From Dehalococcoidia bacterium (GTDB lineage: Bacteria; Chloroflexota; Dehalococcoidia; Dehalococcoidales; UBA1222): DNA of 54,169 bases. Positions 8,434 through 19,462 of this stretch are shown piece after piece. How positions within the stretch are numbered: the first letter of the stretch is position 1; every line of letters begins with the position of its first letter. A program made the position numbers and the translations under genes. The notes beneath the pieces were generated by a model. That model did not search any database and had not been told where the DNA came from. It saw only the letters and a program-made list of their open reading frames with translations. The DNA lies in the NCBI GenBank assembly GCA_009779255.1, contig WREQ01000003.1, forward strand, positions 1 to 54,169. The letters are read 5' to 3'.

Positions 8434-9099
8434 CTATCTGGGTACCACCACAACCTTGCGGTCGTCCCCAAAACCGACGCTCTCGGTGATAACATGCGAA
8501 TGGTCAGCCAGCGCCAAATGGATAATACGGCGCTCGTAGGCTGGCATAGGTTCCAGAGCAAAGCTCCTGCCATTCACCTCAACCTGCTCCGCCACATGCT
8601 GCGCCAGCGTGCGCAAAGACTCAAACCGGCGCCGCTTGTAGCCGTTGACATCAAGCACCAGCGGAACGGACACGCCGGCCTGGCGGCCGACAATAAGACG
8701 CAAAATATACTGCAAACTTGCCAGCGTCTGACCATGTCTCCCGATAAGCAGCCCCAGATCCGAACCACGTATATCCAGCACAACAGACGCCCCTGTATCT
8801 TCCCCTTCAAATGAATCGCTGTCATAAATACCGACAGAGGCACCTGCATCAATTCCCATCAGGTAGAGCAACGCGTCCAAGCATTCCTGGGCGCGGGCAG
8901 CGGCCAATTCCTCCGGCGGAATACGATTGGGGGATTCGATGACGCGAACACGCGCCGGCTCGCCGCCGATACCCAGCACCCCCGTTCTGCCTTCACCGAG
9001 GACTTCGATTTCCACATCATCCAGCGTAAGCCCCATCTGCGCCAACGCCTTTTGGATAGCTTCTTCGACAGTGCGCGCACTTGCTTCAAGTTCTCTCAT
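8434..9099 (-). CDS. jag: Jag/KhpB-type RNA-binding protein (Jag_N, KH, R3H)
   Basis: 221 aa with the N-terminal motif TVEEAIQKALAQMG and a C-terminal R3H-like block (YERRIIHLAL). It sits in the conserved position after yidC. Confidence 0.85.
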   Translation of the reverse strand: MRELEASARTVEEAIQKALAQMGLTLDDVEIEVLGEGRTGVLGIGGEPARVRVIESPNRIPPEELAAARAQECLDALLYLMGIDAGASVGIYDSDSFEGEDTGASVVLDIRGSDLGLLIGRHGQTLASLQYILRLIVGRQAGVSVPLVLDVNGYKRRRFESLRTLAQHVAEQVEVNGRSFALEPMPAYERRIIHLALADHSHVITESVGFGDDRKVVVVPR

Positions 9100-9119
9100 C
9101 TCAAATCCATCCTGTCCGT

Positions 9120-9926
9120 TCAGGATTTTTTCCCGCCGCCGGTGGGAGTCTTTTTTCTAGGTAGCAACCTGTTGAAGGTAGTGACAACCTGCCCCGGCAA
9201 AGCAGCCAATCCACCCCAGCCACTGAAGAAATACTGAACGGCAATGCGGATAACGCTGTTGACCAGCCAGTAAAGCGCCAGACCGCTGGGTACCGATACA
9301 GATATGAAAATAAAGAATATCGGCATCATGACCTGCATCAACTGCGCCTGCTGCGCCATGCGCGGATCGGCAGCCGGCTGAGCGGTCATTCTTTGCTGCA
9401 GGAACATGCCGAGACCAACCATTATGGCAAGCAGATAATCCGGCGTGCCCAGGTTGAGCCACAAAAAGTCGGTATTGAGCGGCATGGCCTTAAAAACAAC
9501 CGGCCATGAATAAAGCTGATTGGCCAGCCCGAGAAAACTGTCCGGAGTGATGGCCATCACTCCGCGGATTGTTTGGTAAAGGGCAATCCATATCGGCATG
9601 GGAAGAAACATGGAGGTCAGGCATCCCGCAGGATTGATGCCAGACTCTTTATAAAGCTTCATCTGCTCCTGCATCAACACCTGGCTGTTATCCTTATACT
9701 TCTTCTGCAGCGCCGCCAGTTTCGGCTGGAGATCCTGCATGGCCTTGGCGGAGCGCATCTGCCGCAGCGTCAAGGGATAGGTTATTACGTTTATAACGAT
9801 GGTCAGCACTATAATAGACAAGCCAAAATTGTTGCCCAAATAATGCGACAAGGCAATCAGCACGTTCGTCAGCGGCTGAAGAACAATCAGGTTCCAAACG
9901 TATCCTATTATTTCGCCGATACTCAA
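9120..9926 (-). CDS. yidC: Membrane protein insertase YidC (short form)
   Basis: 268 aa, multi-TM, with YidC/Oxa1 motifs (LRQMRSAKAMQDLQPK..., NPAGCL, SGLALYW). Confidence 0.9.
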   Translation of the reverse strand: MSIGEIIGYVWNLIVLQPLTNVLIALSHYLGNNFGLSIIVLTIVINVITYPLTLRQMRSAKAMQDLQPKLAALQKKYKDNSQVLMQEQMKLYKESGINPAGCLTSMFLPMPIWIALYQTIRGVMAITPDSFLGLANQLYSWPVVFKAMPLNTDFLWLNLGTPDYLLAIMVGLGMFLQQRMTAQPAADPRMAQQAQLMQVMMPIFFIFISVSVPSGLALYWLVNSVIRIAVQYFFSGWGGLAALPGQVVTTFNRLLPRKKTPTGGGKKS

Positions 9927-9959
9927 ATCAGTTTCCTTCTAATGCCATCCGTGGCTTCT

Positions 9960-11144
9960 TTATTGGGTTACCGTAACCATCTGTGTAACGGTAACGGTTG
10001 TTGTCGACTGCGAAGAACCACCGGTGGAATCAAGTTTTATCGAGTGCAATTCACGCGTAGCCACATTCATGGTATATACCCTGTCATGGGACAAAGTGTG
10101 AATATAAACCACGCCATCCAGCACCGACAAAGCGGCATCGGCAACCGGCTTCTCACCATCAAATACACCCCTAAGCTCTTTCAGCAGTACCTGATTGCCG
10201 TCAGCCGCAAGGGAGAATATTTTTCCGGTATGGGTAACCACTATCGCCCGCCCATCATGTTCCACCGGATTGGCAGAAATACGATCGCCAAGGTCAAAAA
10301 CAAGGGCATTGGCAGGATTGTTTAGGTCTACAGCATAAACACGGCTGTCCAGACAGGGCGCGAACAGGAATCCATCCACAATAACCGGTGTAGCCCAGAA
10401 CCATTGGTTCGGCCCGCTTGAATCCCTGGCCGGATATTGCCATATCAAATCTCCATTGGTCATATTCAGAGCATAGATATGGCGATCAAAAGAGGCGACA
10501 TATACGATTCCGTTTTCAATGACCGGATCGGCTTTAATAGCACCCCCTGCGGCGAACTCCCATTTTTTGGCGCCGGTAGCAGCGTCCAACGCATAAAACT
10601 TCTTGTCAAAAGAGCCTACGAAGACCGTACCCTGGTCTACAACGGGAGTGGACCATATCCTGTCACCGGTTTCAAATTTCCATATACGTGACAACGTAAT
10701 GCTATCCAAAGCGTAAATACAGCCGTTGGACGATCCCACATACACGCGACCATCATCCACCGCAATGCCGCCTACAACAGGCTGTGAATCATCGCTGTCA
10801 AGCTCAACAGAAGCAATGGACTGTCCGGTAGCGGCGTCAAGCGAGTAGACCTTGCCGTTATAACCGGCAACATAAATCCTGCCATCCGAAACCACGATAT
10901 TCCCGAATACGTTCACCTTTGCGCTGCTGTCCACCGGCAAGTTCCACACAACGGAGATAGCACCGTTATCGCCGGCTTTCAGCGAGTAAAGCTGCCCCAA
11001 TCCTGACACAGTGTAAAGCCCACCATCTCCGATGCTAACCCCCGCCCAGCCAACAGGCACCGCCGCGGAGGCACAACTTGCAACCGCCAACATCACGGGA
11101 AACAAACCCAACGCCAGCAATTTGTAAAATCTGTTGTTCTTCAA
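9960..11144 (-). CDS. PQQ-like beta-propeller repeat lipoprotein
   Basis: 394 aa with a signal peptide and lipobox (LAVASC). Repeated blocks of the form G.VYVGS.DG.IYALDA.TG...W are typical of PQQ/BamB-like propellers. Confidence 0.8.
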   Translation of the reverse strand: MKNNRFYKLLALGLFPVMLAVASCASAAVPVGWAGVSIGDGGLYTVSGLGQLYSLKAGDNGAISVVWNLPVDSSAKVNVFGNIVVSDGRIYVAGYNGKVYSLDAATGQSIASVELDSDDSQPVVGGIAVDDGRVYVGSSNGCIYALDSITLSRIWKFETGDRIWSTPVVDQGTVFVGSFDKKFYALDAATGAKKWEFAAGGAIKADPVIENGIVYVASFDRHIYALNMTNGDLIWQYPARDSSGPNQWFWATPVIVDGFLFAPCLDSRVYAVDLNNPANALVFDLGDRISANPVEHDGRAIVVTHTGKIFSLAADGNQVLLKELRGVFDGEKPVADAALSVLDGVVYIHTLSHDRVYTMNVATRELHSIKLDSTGGSSQSTTTVTVTQMVTVTQ

Positions 11145-11168
11145 CTCGTTTTATCCTTTAGAAATCGC

Positions 11169-11393
11169 TCAAACCGGTTTTTCCGGTACGGGATCGTAGC
11201 CACCCTCATGCCACGGATGACAACGGGCAATACGCCGCATACCCATCCATATGCCTTTGAACAACCCGAACCGGCTAATAGCCTCATACGTGTATTGAGA
11301 ACAGGTGGGCTGATACCGGCAGACCGACGGTATAATACGTGAAAACGTCCGCTGATAAACGCGGATAGCCCACAGCGCCAATTTTTTAATCAT
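11169..11393 (-). CDS. yidD: Membrane protein insertion efficiency factor YidD
   Basis: Motif [33 protein letters not shown]...[13 protein letters not shown]. The likely start is the internal ATG at 11393 (MIKKLAL), overlapping the rnpA stop. The ORF-track start at 11483 is probably too far upstream. Confidence 0.85.
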   Translation of the reverse strand: MIKKLALWAIRVYQRTFSRIIPSVCRYQPTCSQYTYEAISRFGLFKGIWMGMRRIARCHPWHEGGYDPVPEKPV

Positions 11394-11730
11394 TCTCAGC
11401 CAGCAAATTCCTGCGTTGCAGTGAAACCACAACGGAAGCCTTGAGAGTTTCAAAATCCACCTGAGCCGCCTGTGTCCGGGCACTCAGCAGTATATCCATG
11501 CCTTCTACAGGCCTCAACTGACGCGATATCTCTCTCAATCGACGCTTCACCCTGTTGCGCTCGACCGCCCCACCCACACGCTTGCTAACAATAAGCCCAT
11601 ACCGCGTCTCAACTCCCAACCCATTGGAGCAGCTCTTAATTCCGATAAGCGCCGTCCCTGACCATTTCGAGCAGGAATGAACCCTGGCAAAATCCTTCGG
11701 GCGGGTAAGATAACACCCTTTCATAACCAT
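11386..11730 (-). CDS. rnpA: Ribonuclease P protein component
   Basis: 114 aa with [22 protein letters not shown]. Position is immediately after rpmH. Confidence 0.85.
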   Translation of the reverse strand: MVMKGCYLTRPKDFARVHSCSKWSGTALIGIKSCSNGLGVETRYGLIVSKRVGGAVERNRVKRRLREISRQLRPVEGMDILLSARTQAAQVDFETLKASVVVSLQRRNLLAEND

Positions 11731-11766
11731 TGCGCTCCCGCAGACACACGAAAGGGTGCGCTACTC

Positions 11767-11907
11767 CTAGACTACAGTCAGCCGCTGGCGGCCCTTCAGC
11801 CGGCGAGCTTTGAGTACACCACGACCACCACGCGAACTCATGCGAGCAAGAAAACCATGCTCGCGTTTTCGCGGAACTCTCTTGGGTTGATAAGTCCTTT
11901 TAGGCAT
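11767..11907 (-). CDS. rpmH: 50S ribosomal protein L34
   Basis: Not in the ORF track (46 aa). Manual translation gives [46 protein letters not shown], with SD GAGGAG upstream. Confidence 0.9.
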   Translation of the reverse strand: MPKRTYQPKRVPRKREHGFLARMSSRGGRGVLKARRLKGRQRLTVV

Positions 11908-11957
11908 TTAACTCCTCTTAAAGAGACCTTGCGGCCTGCGACAAAATCAAGCGACGG

Positions 11958-12338
11958 TTAAGCCTCAACCGTAACATTCACTGTCTCCGGTTGCTTGGAT
12001 TCAACAGGTACAACCGGATTAAGGTTTAGCGGCGGCACCAGCCCCTGCAGATGAATATGTTCCGGAACAAACGGCAACAGCGCTACGTGACGCGCCTGTT
12101 TGATAGCCAACGCCAGCGCATGTTGGTGGCGATTGCAGGTGCCGGTGCGGCGGCGGGGTTCAATCTTGCCACGGTCGGAAATAAACCGTCCAAGCGTTAA
12201 CGTATCTTTGTAATCTATAGTTTTAGCCCGGCTGGCGCAGAAAGGGCAAACCTTGCGCTTCGGAGCGTATTTACCACCGCCCCATTTTCCTGCGGGTTTG
12301 CGCCCCGCCGGCCTTGCAGATGTTCTTGTTTCAACCAC
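11958..12338 (-). CDS. rpsR: 30S ribosomal protein S18 (with N- and C-terminal extensions)
   Basis: S18 core: [58 protein letters not shown]. Confidence 0.9.
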   Translation of the reverse strand: MVETRTSARPAGRKPAGKWGGGKYAPKRKVCPFCASRAKTIDYKDTLTLGRFISDRGKIEPRRRTGTCNRHQHALALAIKQARHVALLPFVPEHIHLQGLVPPLNLNPVVPVESKQPETVNVTVEA

Positions 12339-12380
12339 GATGCAATTTTCTCCTAATAAATCCTTATTCCTCGACGCAGC

Positions 12381-12791
12381 TTAACTGAAAGGAATATCCC
12401 CAGGCTCACCCAAGTCACCGCCGACTTCTTCAGTCTTCTCAACAGGCGCCATACCAGCATCCTGTCTGTCCAGAAAAGTGACCTGGCTGGCAACTATCTC
12501 TGTACGATAATGCTTCTGGCCATCATTGCCATCCCAGCTGCGATTATGCAACCGTCCCTCAACATAGACCAATCGGCCTTTGGCGAGAAACTGATTGCAT
12601 TGCTCGGCCAGCTTGCTCCAAGTCACAATGTTAAACCAATCGGTTTCCTGCCTTTTCTCGCCTTCCGGTGTTTTGTAGAAGCGGTTTGTAGCGACGCTAA
12701 AAGATGTGACGGGACTGCCACTCGGAGTAAAACGCATCTCTGGATCCCCGCCCACATTGCCGATAAGCATTACCTTGTTAAGACTCACCAT
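12381..12791 (-). CDS. ssb: Single-stranded DNA-binding protein
   Basis: OB-fold N-terminus (LNKVMLIGNVGGDPEMRFTPSG...TDWFNIVTW) and an acidic tail ending DIPFS. Confidence 0.92.
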   Translation of the reverse strand: MVSLNKVMLIGNVGGDPEMRFTPSGSPVTSFSVATNRFYKTPEGEKRQETDWFNIVTWSKLAEQCNQFLAKGRLVYVEGRLHNRSWDGNDGQKHYRTEIVASQVTFLDRQDAGMAPVEKTEEVGGDLGEPGDIPFS

Positions 12792-12808
12792 CTAAAAAGC
12801 CCCCTTTT

Positions 12809-13153
12809 TTAATCGATGTTCTTAAGTAGATAGCGGATTACCTCTTCCGAGATATTCAACCGGTTTTCAAGTTCCTGGCTGGCCGTGCTACGCGACTTAA
12901 ACTGCAGCAGCACATAATGCCCTTCCGTACAACGATTTATAGGATAAGCCAGCTTGCGCTTCCCCAGCATTTTGGTATCCGCCATGACCCCACCCAGCTC
13001 AGCGATAAATTGGCTGACAGCCCCGATGGTGGCACTGAGCTTTTCGTCAGTCCCATCCGGCTTGATTACCAGCATCAATTCATAATTCCGCTGGCTGCCG
13101 ATGCTGCTGGGATTATCGGCAGGCTTGGTTACTTTGGTTGTCTTAGTTGCCAC
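12809..13153 (-). CDS. rpsF: 30S ribosomal protein S6
   Basis: S6 core RNYELMLVIKPD...YPI....GHYVLLQF. The likely start is the GTG at 13153 preceded by GGAGAA. The ORF-track TTG start at 13171 is an alternative. Confidence 0.85.
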   Translation of the reverse strand: MATKTTKVTKPADNPSSIGSQRNYELMLVIKPDGTDEKLSATIGAVSQFIAELGGVMADTKMLGKRKLAYPINRCTEGHYVLLQFKSRSTASQELENRLNISEEVIRYLLKNID

Positions 13154-13217
13154 GAATTCTCCATAAAGCAAACGAAATTTCGCTCATTATACCACATTGA
13201 ACATAAAGGGCAAATGT

Positions 13218-13247
13218 TTGACACAAAGGCCTGTCGTTTGGTAGACT
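13218..13247 (+). promoter_or_regulatory. Candidate promoter for tRNA-Asp
   Basis: TTGACA (13218-13223), 18-nt spacer, TAGACT (13242-13247), about 14 nt before the tRNA 5' end. Confidence 0.4.
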
Positions 13248-13260
13248 AGGTACTCCGTGC

Positions 13261-13337
13261 GGCCCCGTGGTGTAGCGGTCCAACATGCCACCCTGTCACG
13301 GTGGAGATCACGGGTTCGAATCCCGTCGGGGTCGCCA
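13261..13337 (+). tRNA. tRNA-Asp (anticodon GTC), CCA encoded
   Basis: A manual cloverleaf fits: acceptor GGCCCCG/CGGGGTC, anticodon stem CCACC/GGTGG with loop CTGTCAC, T-arm ACGGG-TTCGAAT-CCCGT, discriminator G, CCA. Confidence 0.95.
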
Positions 13338-13346
13338 TAACAATAA

Positions 13347-13386
13347 CACGGCAGAACAGTGTTCATGTTCCGCCGTGCTTTTATTT
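13347..13386 (+). terminator. Terminator after tRNA-Asp
   Basis: CACGGCAGAAC ... GTTCCGCCGTG (10 of 11 bp) followed by CTTTTATTT. Confidence 0.6.
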
Positions 13387-13746
13387 ACTGAAATAATCGC
13401 ATTAAGAGTGTCCATGGCGCTATTAAGAACGAACCGGCAGCAATCCAGATAGATATTTTTGAAAACTTGGCAGAGTTTTTATCTATCGACTGCAACTCAA
13501 TTTATCTGCTCTTCGTGTTTTTCGACGGTTGTTTTCAAGCTCTCGTTGATTTGTTTCAGATCATCAATTTGTGCCCGCTTGTTGTCGCGGTCATCTTGTT
13601 CTCGTGATTTCGCAGCTTGCTCGGCTTAGTTTTATTTGGCAACTATTGAGGCGGCTTTCATCGCCAAGTTAGCCAAATTTATGTCAAACAACTTTCCCCA
13701 TATGGTTAACAGGCTTCTCGTTCATCTTGTCATTCTCGTTGTTAAT

Positions 13747-13828
13747 AAATCGGGGTGCTGCCGACTTTGCGTCGCCCGCTTCAATTCGGTTTCCCGAATT
13801 CAAAGCAGAACAGCACCCCGATTTTTTT
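13747..13828. terminator. Compound hairpin downstream of pntB (A-run/T-run flanked, bidirectional type)
   Basis: The outer stem AAATCGGGGTGCTG / CAGCACCCCGATTT encloses an inner AATTCGG/CCGAATT hairpin. TTTTTTT lies on the plus side. The pntB stop is at 13832. Confidence 0.5.
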
Positions 13829-13831
13829 GCC

Positions 13832-15205
13832 TTAGCCTTTAAGTGTAGCTACCAACTCGGTGAGAACCTGCTTGGCGTCCCCGAATACCATCATGGTGTT
13901 CGGCATATAGAAAAGCTCGTTGTCAACACCTGCGAATCCGACAGCTGTTGAACGCTTGATGAACACCACCGTCCGCGACTTGTCCGTATCCAGAATAGGC
14001 ATCCCGTAAAGCGGGGATTCCGGATCTGTCCTAGCAGCGGGGTTTGTAACATCGTTAGCGCCGACTACGATTGAAACATCTGTTTCCGGGAAAATCGAGT
14101 TAATGCGCTCCATCTCCCAGAGTTGATCGTAAGACACCTCAGCCTCGGCCAGCAGCACGTTCATATGACCAGGCATGCGGCCGGCAACCGGATGGACAGC
14201 GTATTTGATATCCACCCCCTTGCCCTGAAGAATATCCGCCAGTTCCTTGACCACATACTGTGCCTGCGCCACCGCCATGCCGTATCCAGGCACCACCACC
14301 ACTGAGGAGGCATTCTCCAGTACCGTGGCCACATCTTCGACGGCGTAGCTCTGCGCGGACTTCGCCGCGCCTTTGCCGTCTCCACCGCCAGACGGTATCG
14401 CACCCACACCGCCGAAAAGAACATTGAGGAATGAACGGTTCATGGCCTTGCTCATGACGATAGCCAGTATGAGACCCGATGCTCCGTCCAGCGCACCGGC
14501 GACAATCAACACCTTGTTATCCAACACAAAGCCCAAAGCCGCCGCAGACAAGCCGGCGTAGGCATTCAGAATGGCAATTACCGTCGGCATATCCGCGCCG
14601 CCGATAGACATCACCATCAGGAACCCGAAAATAAGCGCGAACGCCGCCATAATGGGTATGATAAAGGTCTGGTCCGGATTTATAACCAGATAAATGGCGA
14701 GGCCGAACGAGATTACCAGAGTGGCTAAAGTAACAAACACGCGCCCAGGATAAATCCAGGGCTTGCCCGGTATCAGACCCTGAAGCTTGGCGAAAGCAAT
14801 ACAACTACCTGTGAAGGTGAGGAATCCGATGATTATCTCCACGGACAGCACCGCGGAGTCGAAGATACTGATGCCCGGAATCCTAACCAAGTATTCGCCC
14901 ACACCGACCAGCGCGATTGACAGCGAGCCGAAAGCGTGCGACATGGCGGTTCGCTGCGGCACCGCCGACATCGGCAGTTTCAAGGCGATAGGCACACCGA
15001 TAATGGCACCGATGGCAAAAGCCCCTATCAAAAGGTCGTAGCGCTCAGAGTGATAAGCAATCAACGTCCCCGTGATAGCGATCGCCATACCAAACACACC
15101 GGCGATATTGCCACGGCGGGACGTCCTGACTTCGCTCATCCAGCGAAGCGAAAGTATGAACAGGGCAATAGCCAGAACATACAGATATAAGGCGAACTGC
15201 TCCAT
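13832..15205 (-). CDS. pntB: NAD(P) transhydrogenase subunit beta
   Basis: 457 aa with a multi-TM N-terminal half and a C-terminal NADP(H)-binding domain (VVVPGYGMAVAQAQ...HPVAGRMPGHMNVLLAEA). Confidence 0.93.
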   Translation of the reverse strand: MEQFALYLYVLAIALFILSLRWMSEVRTSRRGNIAGVFGMAIAITGTLIAYHSERYDLLIGAFAIGAIIGVPIALKLPMSAVPQRTAMSHAFGSLSIALVGVGEYLVRIPGISIFDSAVLSVEIIIGFLTFTGSCIAFAKLQGLIPGKPWIYPGRVFVTLATLVISFGLAIYLVINPDQTFIIPIMAAFALIFGFLMVMSIGGADMPTVIAILNAYAGLSAAALGFVLDNKVLIVAGALDGASGLILAIVMSKAMNRSFLNVLFGGVGAIPSGGGDGKGAAKSAQSYAVEDVATVLENASSVVVVPGYGMAVAQAQYVVKELADILQGKGVDIKYAVHPVAGRMPGHMNVLLAEAEVSYDQLWEMERINSIFPETDVSIVVGANDVTNPAARTDPESPLYGMPILDTDKSRTVVFIKRSTAVGFAGVDNELFYMPNTMMVFGDAKQVLTELVATLKG

Positions 15206-15210
15206 ACCTG

Positions 15211-15501
15211 TTACCTCGCACCTTTCTTAGTAAACATCTTTAAAATGCGCTCCGTAATCATGAAGCCGCTCACGATATTGACCGCCGCCAGCCCTATACC
15301 CAGCGTCGCCAACAGCAGAATTAAATCAGTCTTCGGATCAGACATGAGTATCAACGCGGCTACGATTGAAACCGATGAGATCGCGTTGGTAAGCGACATC
15401 AGCGGCGTATGCAGCAAACGCGATACATGGCGGATTAGTTCAATCCCCAAAAAAGATGCCATGACAAAAATCAGAAGATTTACAGCAAAATTGTCACCCA
15501 C
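15211..15501 (-). CDS. pntA: NAD(P) transhydrogenase subunit alpha, part 2 (membrane)
   Basis: 96 aa with three hydrophobic helices, between pntAA and pntB as in split-alpha pnt operons. Confidence 0.9.
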   Translation of the reverse strand: MGDNFAVNLLIFVMASFLGIELIRHVSRLLHTPLMSLTNAISSVSIVAALILMSDPKTDLILLLATLGIGLAAVNIVSGFMITERILKMFTKKGAR

Positions 15502-15503
15502 GA

Positions 15504-16637
15504 TTAACTCCTCTCCAATGCAGATTTGGCGGCTTCGTGCAGCAATATACCATCACGCGTAACCATCGTTCCGCTAACCAAGGCATCATTAGTATCCAGA
15601 TTGAGAGCACCATCTTTCAGCATTGCCAACAGGAAGGTGATGATGTTTTTGGAATAAAGCTGGCTGGCCTGCGGTGCCATAGTCGAGGGAAGATTGACCG
15701 GAGACATTATGACAACCCCATGTTTGACGACATCCTGTCCCGGTTCGGTCAAGACACAGTTGCCGCCCTGTTCACCAGCCAGATCCACAATAACGGAGCC
15801 ACAGCGCATACCCTTTACTGCCTCCTCAGTAATCAACTGCGGAGCACGTTTGCCTGGGACAGAGGCGGTGGTAACAATAACATCGTAAGCATGTGACCTG
15901 ATCGCCTCGGCCATAAGCTGCTGCTGCTTCAGGTAAAAATCCTCGGACTGGGCTTTGGCATACCCACCGGACGTCTGAGCATCGGCGGTTTCAAGCTGCA
16001 GCGCGACAAATTTAGCCTTGAGGCTCTCCACCTGCTCTTTGGCCGCCGGACGCACATCATACGCCTCAACGATTGCTCCCAGCTGGCGAGCTACGGCTAT
16101 GGCCGCCAGCCCAGCAACCCCAGCGCCGATAACAAAAACCTTTGCCGGAGGAATAGTGCCGGCAGCAGTCATACGCATGGGGAACAGCTTCGGCAACGTA
16201 TTGGCCGCCAGCAGGACTGCTTTATAACCGGATATGGTCGCCTGCGATGACAGCGCGTCCATTGACTGCGCGCGGCTGATACGCGGCATCAGTTCCATTG
16301 CCAGCGCTGTTACTTTGCGCTCAAGCAGTTTGCTGATCACGCCGAGATTGTCCAGCGGATACAGGAACGAGATGAGCATCGCCCCTTGTTTGAGGCCGAC
16401 GACTTCGGTATCGGTGGGAGGCTGCACTTTCAGGACGACATCCGCTTTGCCGAGCAGTTCTTCCCGCTCGACAACAGTAGCACCCTTTTCCTGATAGGCC
16501 GCGTCGGCAAAACCGGCGGACTCACCGGCGCCTTTCTCCACCAGTACCGTTACTTCTTTGAGCTTCCCCAAAGACTCCGGAACCAGTGCGACACGCTTTT
16601 CACCGGCAACCGTTTCCTTCAACACTCCGATTAACAT
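15504..16637 (-). CDS. pntA: NAD(P) transhydrogenase subunit alpha, part 1 (AlaDH-like, NAD(H)-binding)
   Basis: 377 aa with N-terminus MLIGVLKETVAGEKRVALVPES and a Rossmann motif VFVIGAGVAGLAAI. Confidence 0.92.
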   Translation of the reverse strand: MLIGVLKETVAGEKRVALVPESLGKLKEVTVLVEKGAGESAGFADAAYQEKGATVVEREELLGKADVVLKVQPPTDTEVVGLKQGAMLISFLYPLDNLGVISKLLERKVTALAMELMPRISRAQSMDALSSQATISGYKAVLLAANTLPKLFPMRMTAAGTIPPAKVFVIGAGVAGLAAIAVARQLGAIVEAYDVRPAAKEQVESLKAKFVALQLETADAQTSGGYAKAQSEDFYLKQQQLMAEAIRSHAYDVIVTTASVPGKRAPQLITEEAVKGMRCGSVIVDLAGEQGGNCVLTEPGQDVVKHGVVIMSPVNLPSTMAPQASQLYSKNIITFLLAMLKDGALNLDTNDALVSGTMVTRDGILLHEAAKSALERS

Positions 16638-16840
16638 TGCTCTATTAACTCCTTAATCCCATTGAATAAAAGCATCGTCTGAAAAGCAAAACCTAGCACA
16701 CGGGCGAAAATTGATTGGTCATTATACATGAAGAGCCGTGTTAACGCAAGAATGTTTCCACAATATAGCGCTCTTGCGAGGTTATCGACACTTGATGGTA
16801 CCTATGCTTAGTTGGTAGAAATGTTGGACAGAGCCAGTTC

Positions 16841-17572
16841 CTACTTGTTAATTTTCCTAATGGCGTCTACCGAATCGACTTTAATGGCATTATACACAGG
16901 AAGCATGCACGCTATCACGACAACAAGCACACATACCAGTAACCCCACCAGCGCAGAGGACATTTTGGTTGAAATGAAGTCGTAGCTGGATATACTGTTT
17001 ATCCAAAGCATCGGTATAACGGACAGTATGACTGAAATAAGAAAAGCTGGTACTGTCGCTTTCAGTAATTTCAAGAAAGGTTGGCGCGGTAATATTCGAC
17101 TTGGTAACCCCGATGGTTTTTAAGATGCCCAATTCCTTTTTTCGGTGGCGGTTTTTCAAAGTAATACAATGCGCTAAACAGCATTGAGATAATTCCGGCA
17201 AAGATAACTGTTACGATTGTCCGCAGGCTTTTTGTGTTAGAGAGATTTTTCCTGAATGTTCTCTGCGTCAGAAGGATAGCAAAATGTTCAGCATCTTTGA
17301 TGCGATAGCGCAGGTGCGGAACCTCTTTTATGCTTAACCTTTGCGCTTAACTATACTTTATCACGATTGTAAAGATACCTAATTGCAGATATTTCTGACA
17401 ATCCTCCCATAGTCTCATCTCGAATATACAGCGCACAACTGCCGCTTAAATCACTGATGCTTGTTATCCCCTCTCCCATCATGATAATCCACCGTACCGA
17501 AGAGGTCTCAACCACAACCGCAAGCGGATTGCCGTGGGAGAGGAAGCCTGTCACCGTTGCTCCTGCCGCCAA
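16841..17572 (-). pseudogene. Decayed FtsX/MacB-type ABC transporter permease
   Basis: FtsX-like segments lie in three different frames: ...TVIFAGIISMLFSALYYFEKPPPKK / RKKELGILKTIGVTKSNI / LPRQPFLKLLKATVPAFLISVILSVIPML...VYNAIKVDSVDAIRKINK. The frame changes are near 17140 (A-run) and 17090. The 5' third and any partner ATPase gene are missing. Confidence 0.6.
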
Positions 17573-17939
17573 CTTGGAACGTGTGCGGCGCGGTTATGGT
17601 TACAGGGGGTGCGTGGCGATGATGATTGTCTGTGTTTCGATGATAGCAAAAATCGCACCGTTCAATTTTGTATAGGCTCACTGTGATTAGAATACGATTT
17701 CAGATAGTTTATTTGATGTATTTTACCCCCCCTGTTTGTTAATACAGTTACATTGGATTTGTGCTGTTTCTTGGGATTGGTTTCTGATTGGCAAATAAAT
17801 TGTCATCCGGTGGTGATCCACCCCGACATCCAGGCCAAGTGTTTACCCGTACACATTCGAATAAGCCTTGTTTTTTGTGAGTGTTATGATAGAATTTAAA
17901 TGGTTTGCCCTCAACGATATTAACAGGAGAAAAGGATAG

Positions 17940-19277
<1,338 letters not shown>

Positions 19278-19305
19278 CACACCCCACCCTATCCCATCCA
19301 TTTAC

Positions 19306-19350
19306 GGAACCCTCTCTCCCGGTTTGCGTGGAGAGGGGGTTCCGTTTTTT
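19306..19350 (+). terminator. Rho-independent terminator of gdhA
   Basis: GGAACCCTCTCTCC ... GGAGAGGGGGTTCC forms a 14-bp stem (one G-U) followed by GTTTTTT. Confidence 0.8.
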
Positions 19351-19462
19351 CTCCTGCAAGCGGGAGGCGCTGGGAGACAGGCAGGCAGGCGGCATTCAGC
19401 TGTTAGCCTCCAGTTTCCTCCCCCCCTTTTGCGCAAAGGGGGATACAGGGGGATGCCCCATA

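Noticed and set aside
11394-11483. Upstream 30 codons of the yidD ORF (start at 11483)
   Set aside because: The extension lies inside rnpA in another frame. Conserved YidD sequence begins right after the internal ATG at 11393, which overlaps the rnpA stop as expected for coupling.
11700-13260. Replication origin next to rpmH
   Set aside because: rpmH-rnpA usually neighbours dnaA/oriC, but here rpsR-ssb-rpsF lies upstream of rpmH. I found no dnaA gene and no cluster of TTATCCACA-like boxes or AT-rich unwinding repeats in the flanking intergenic regions.
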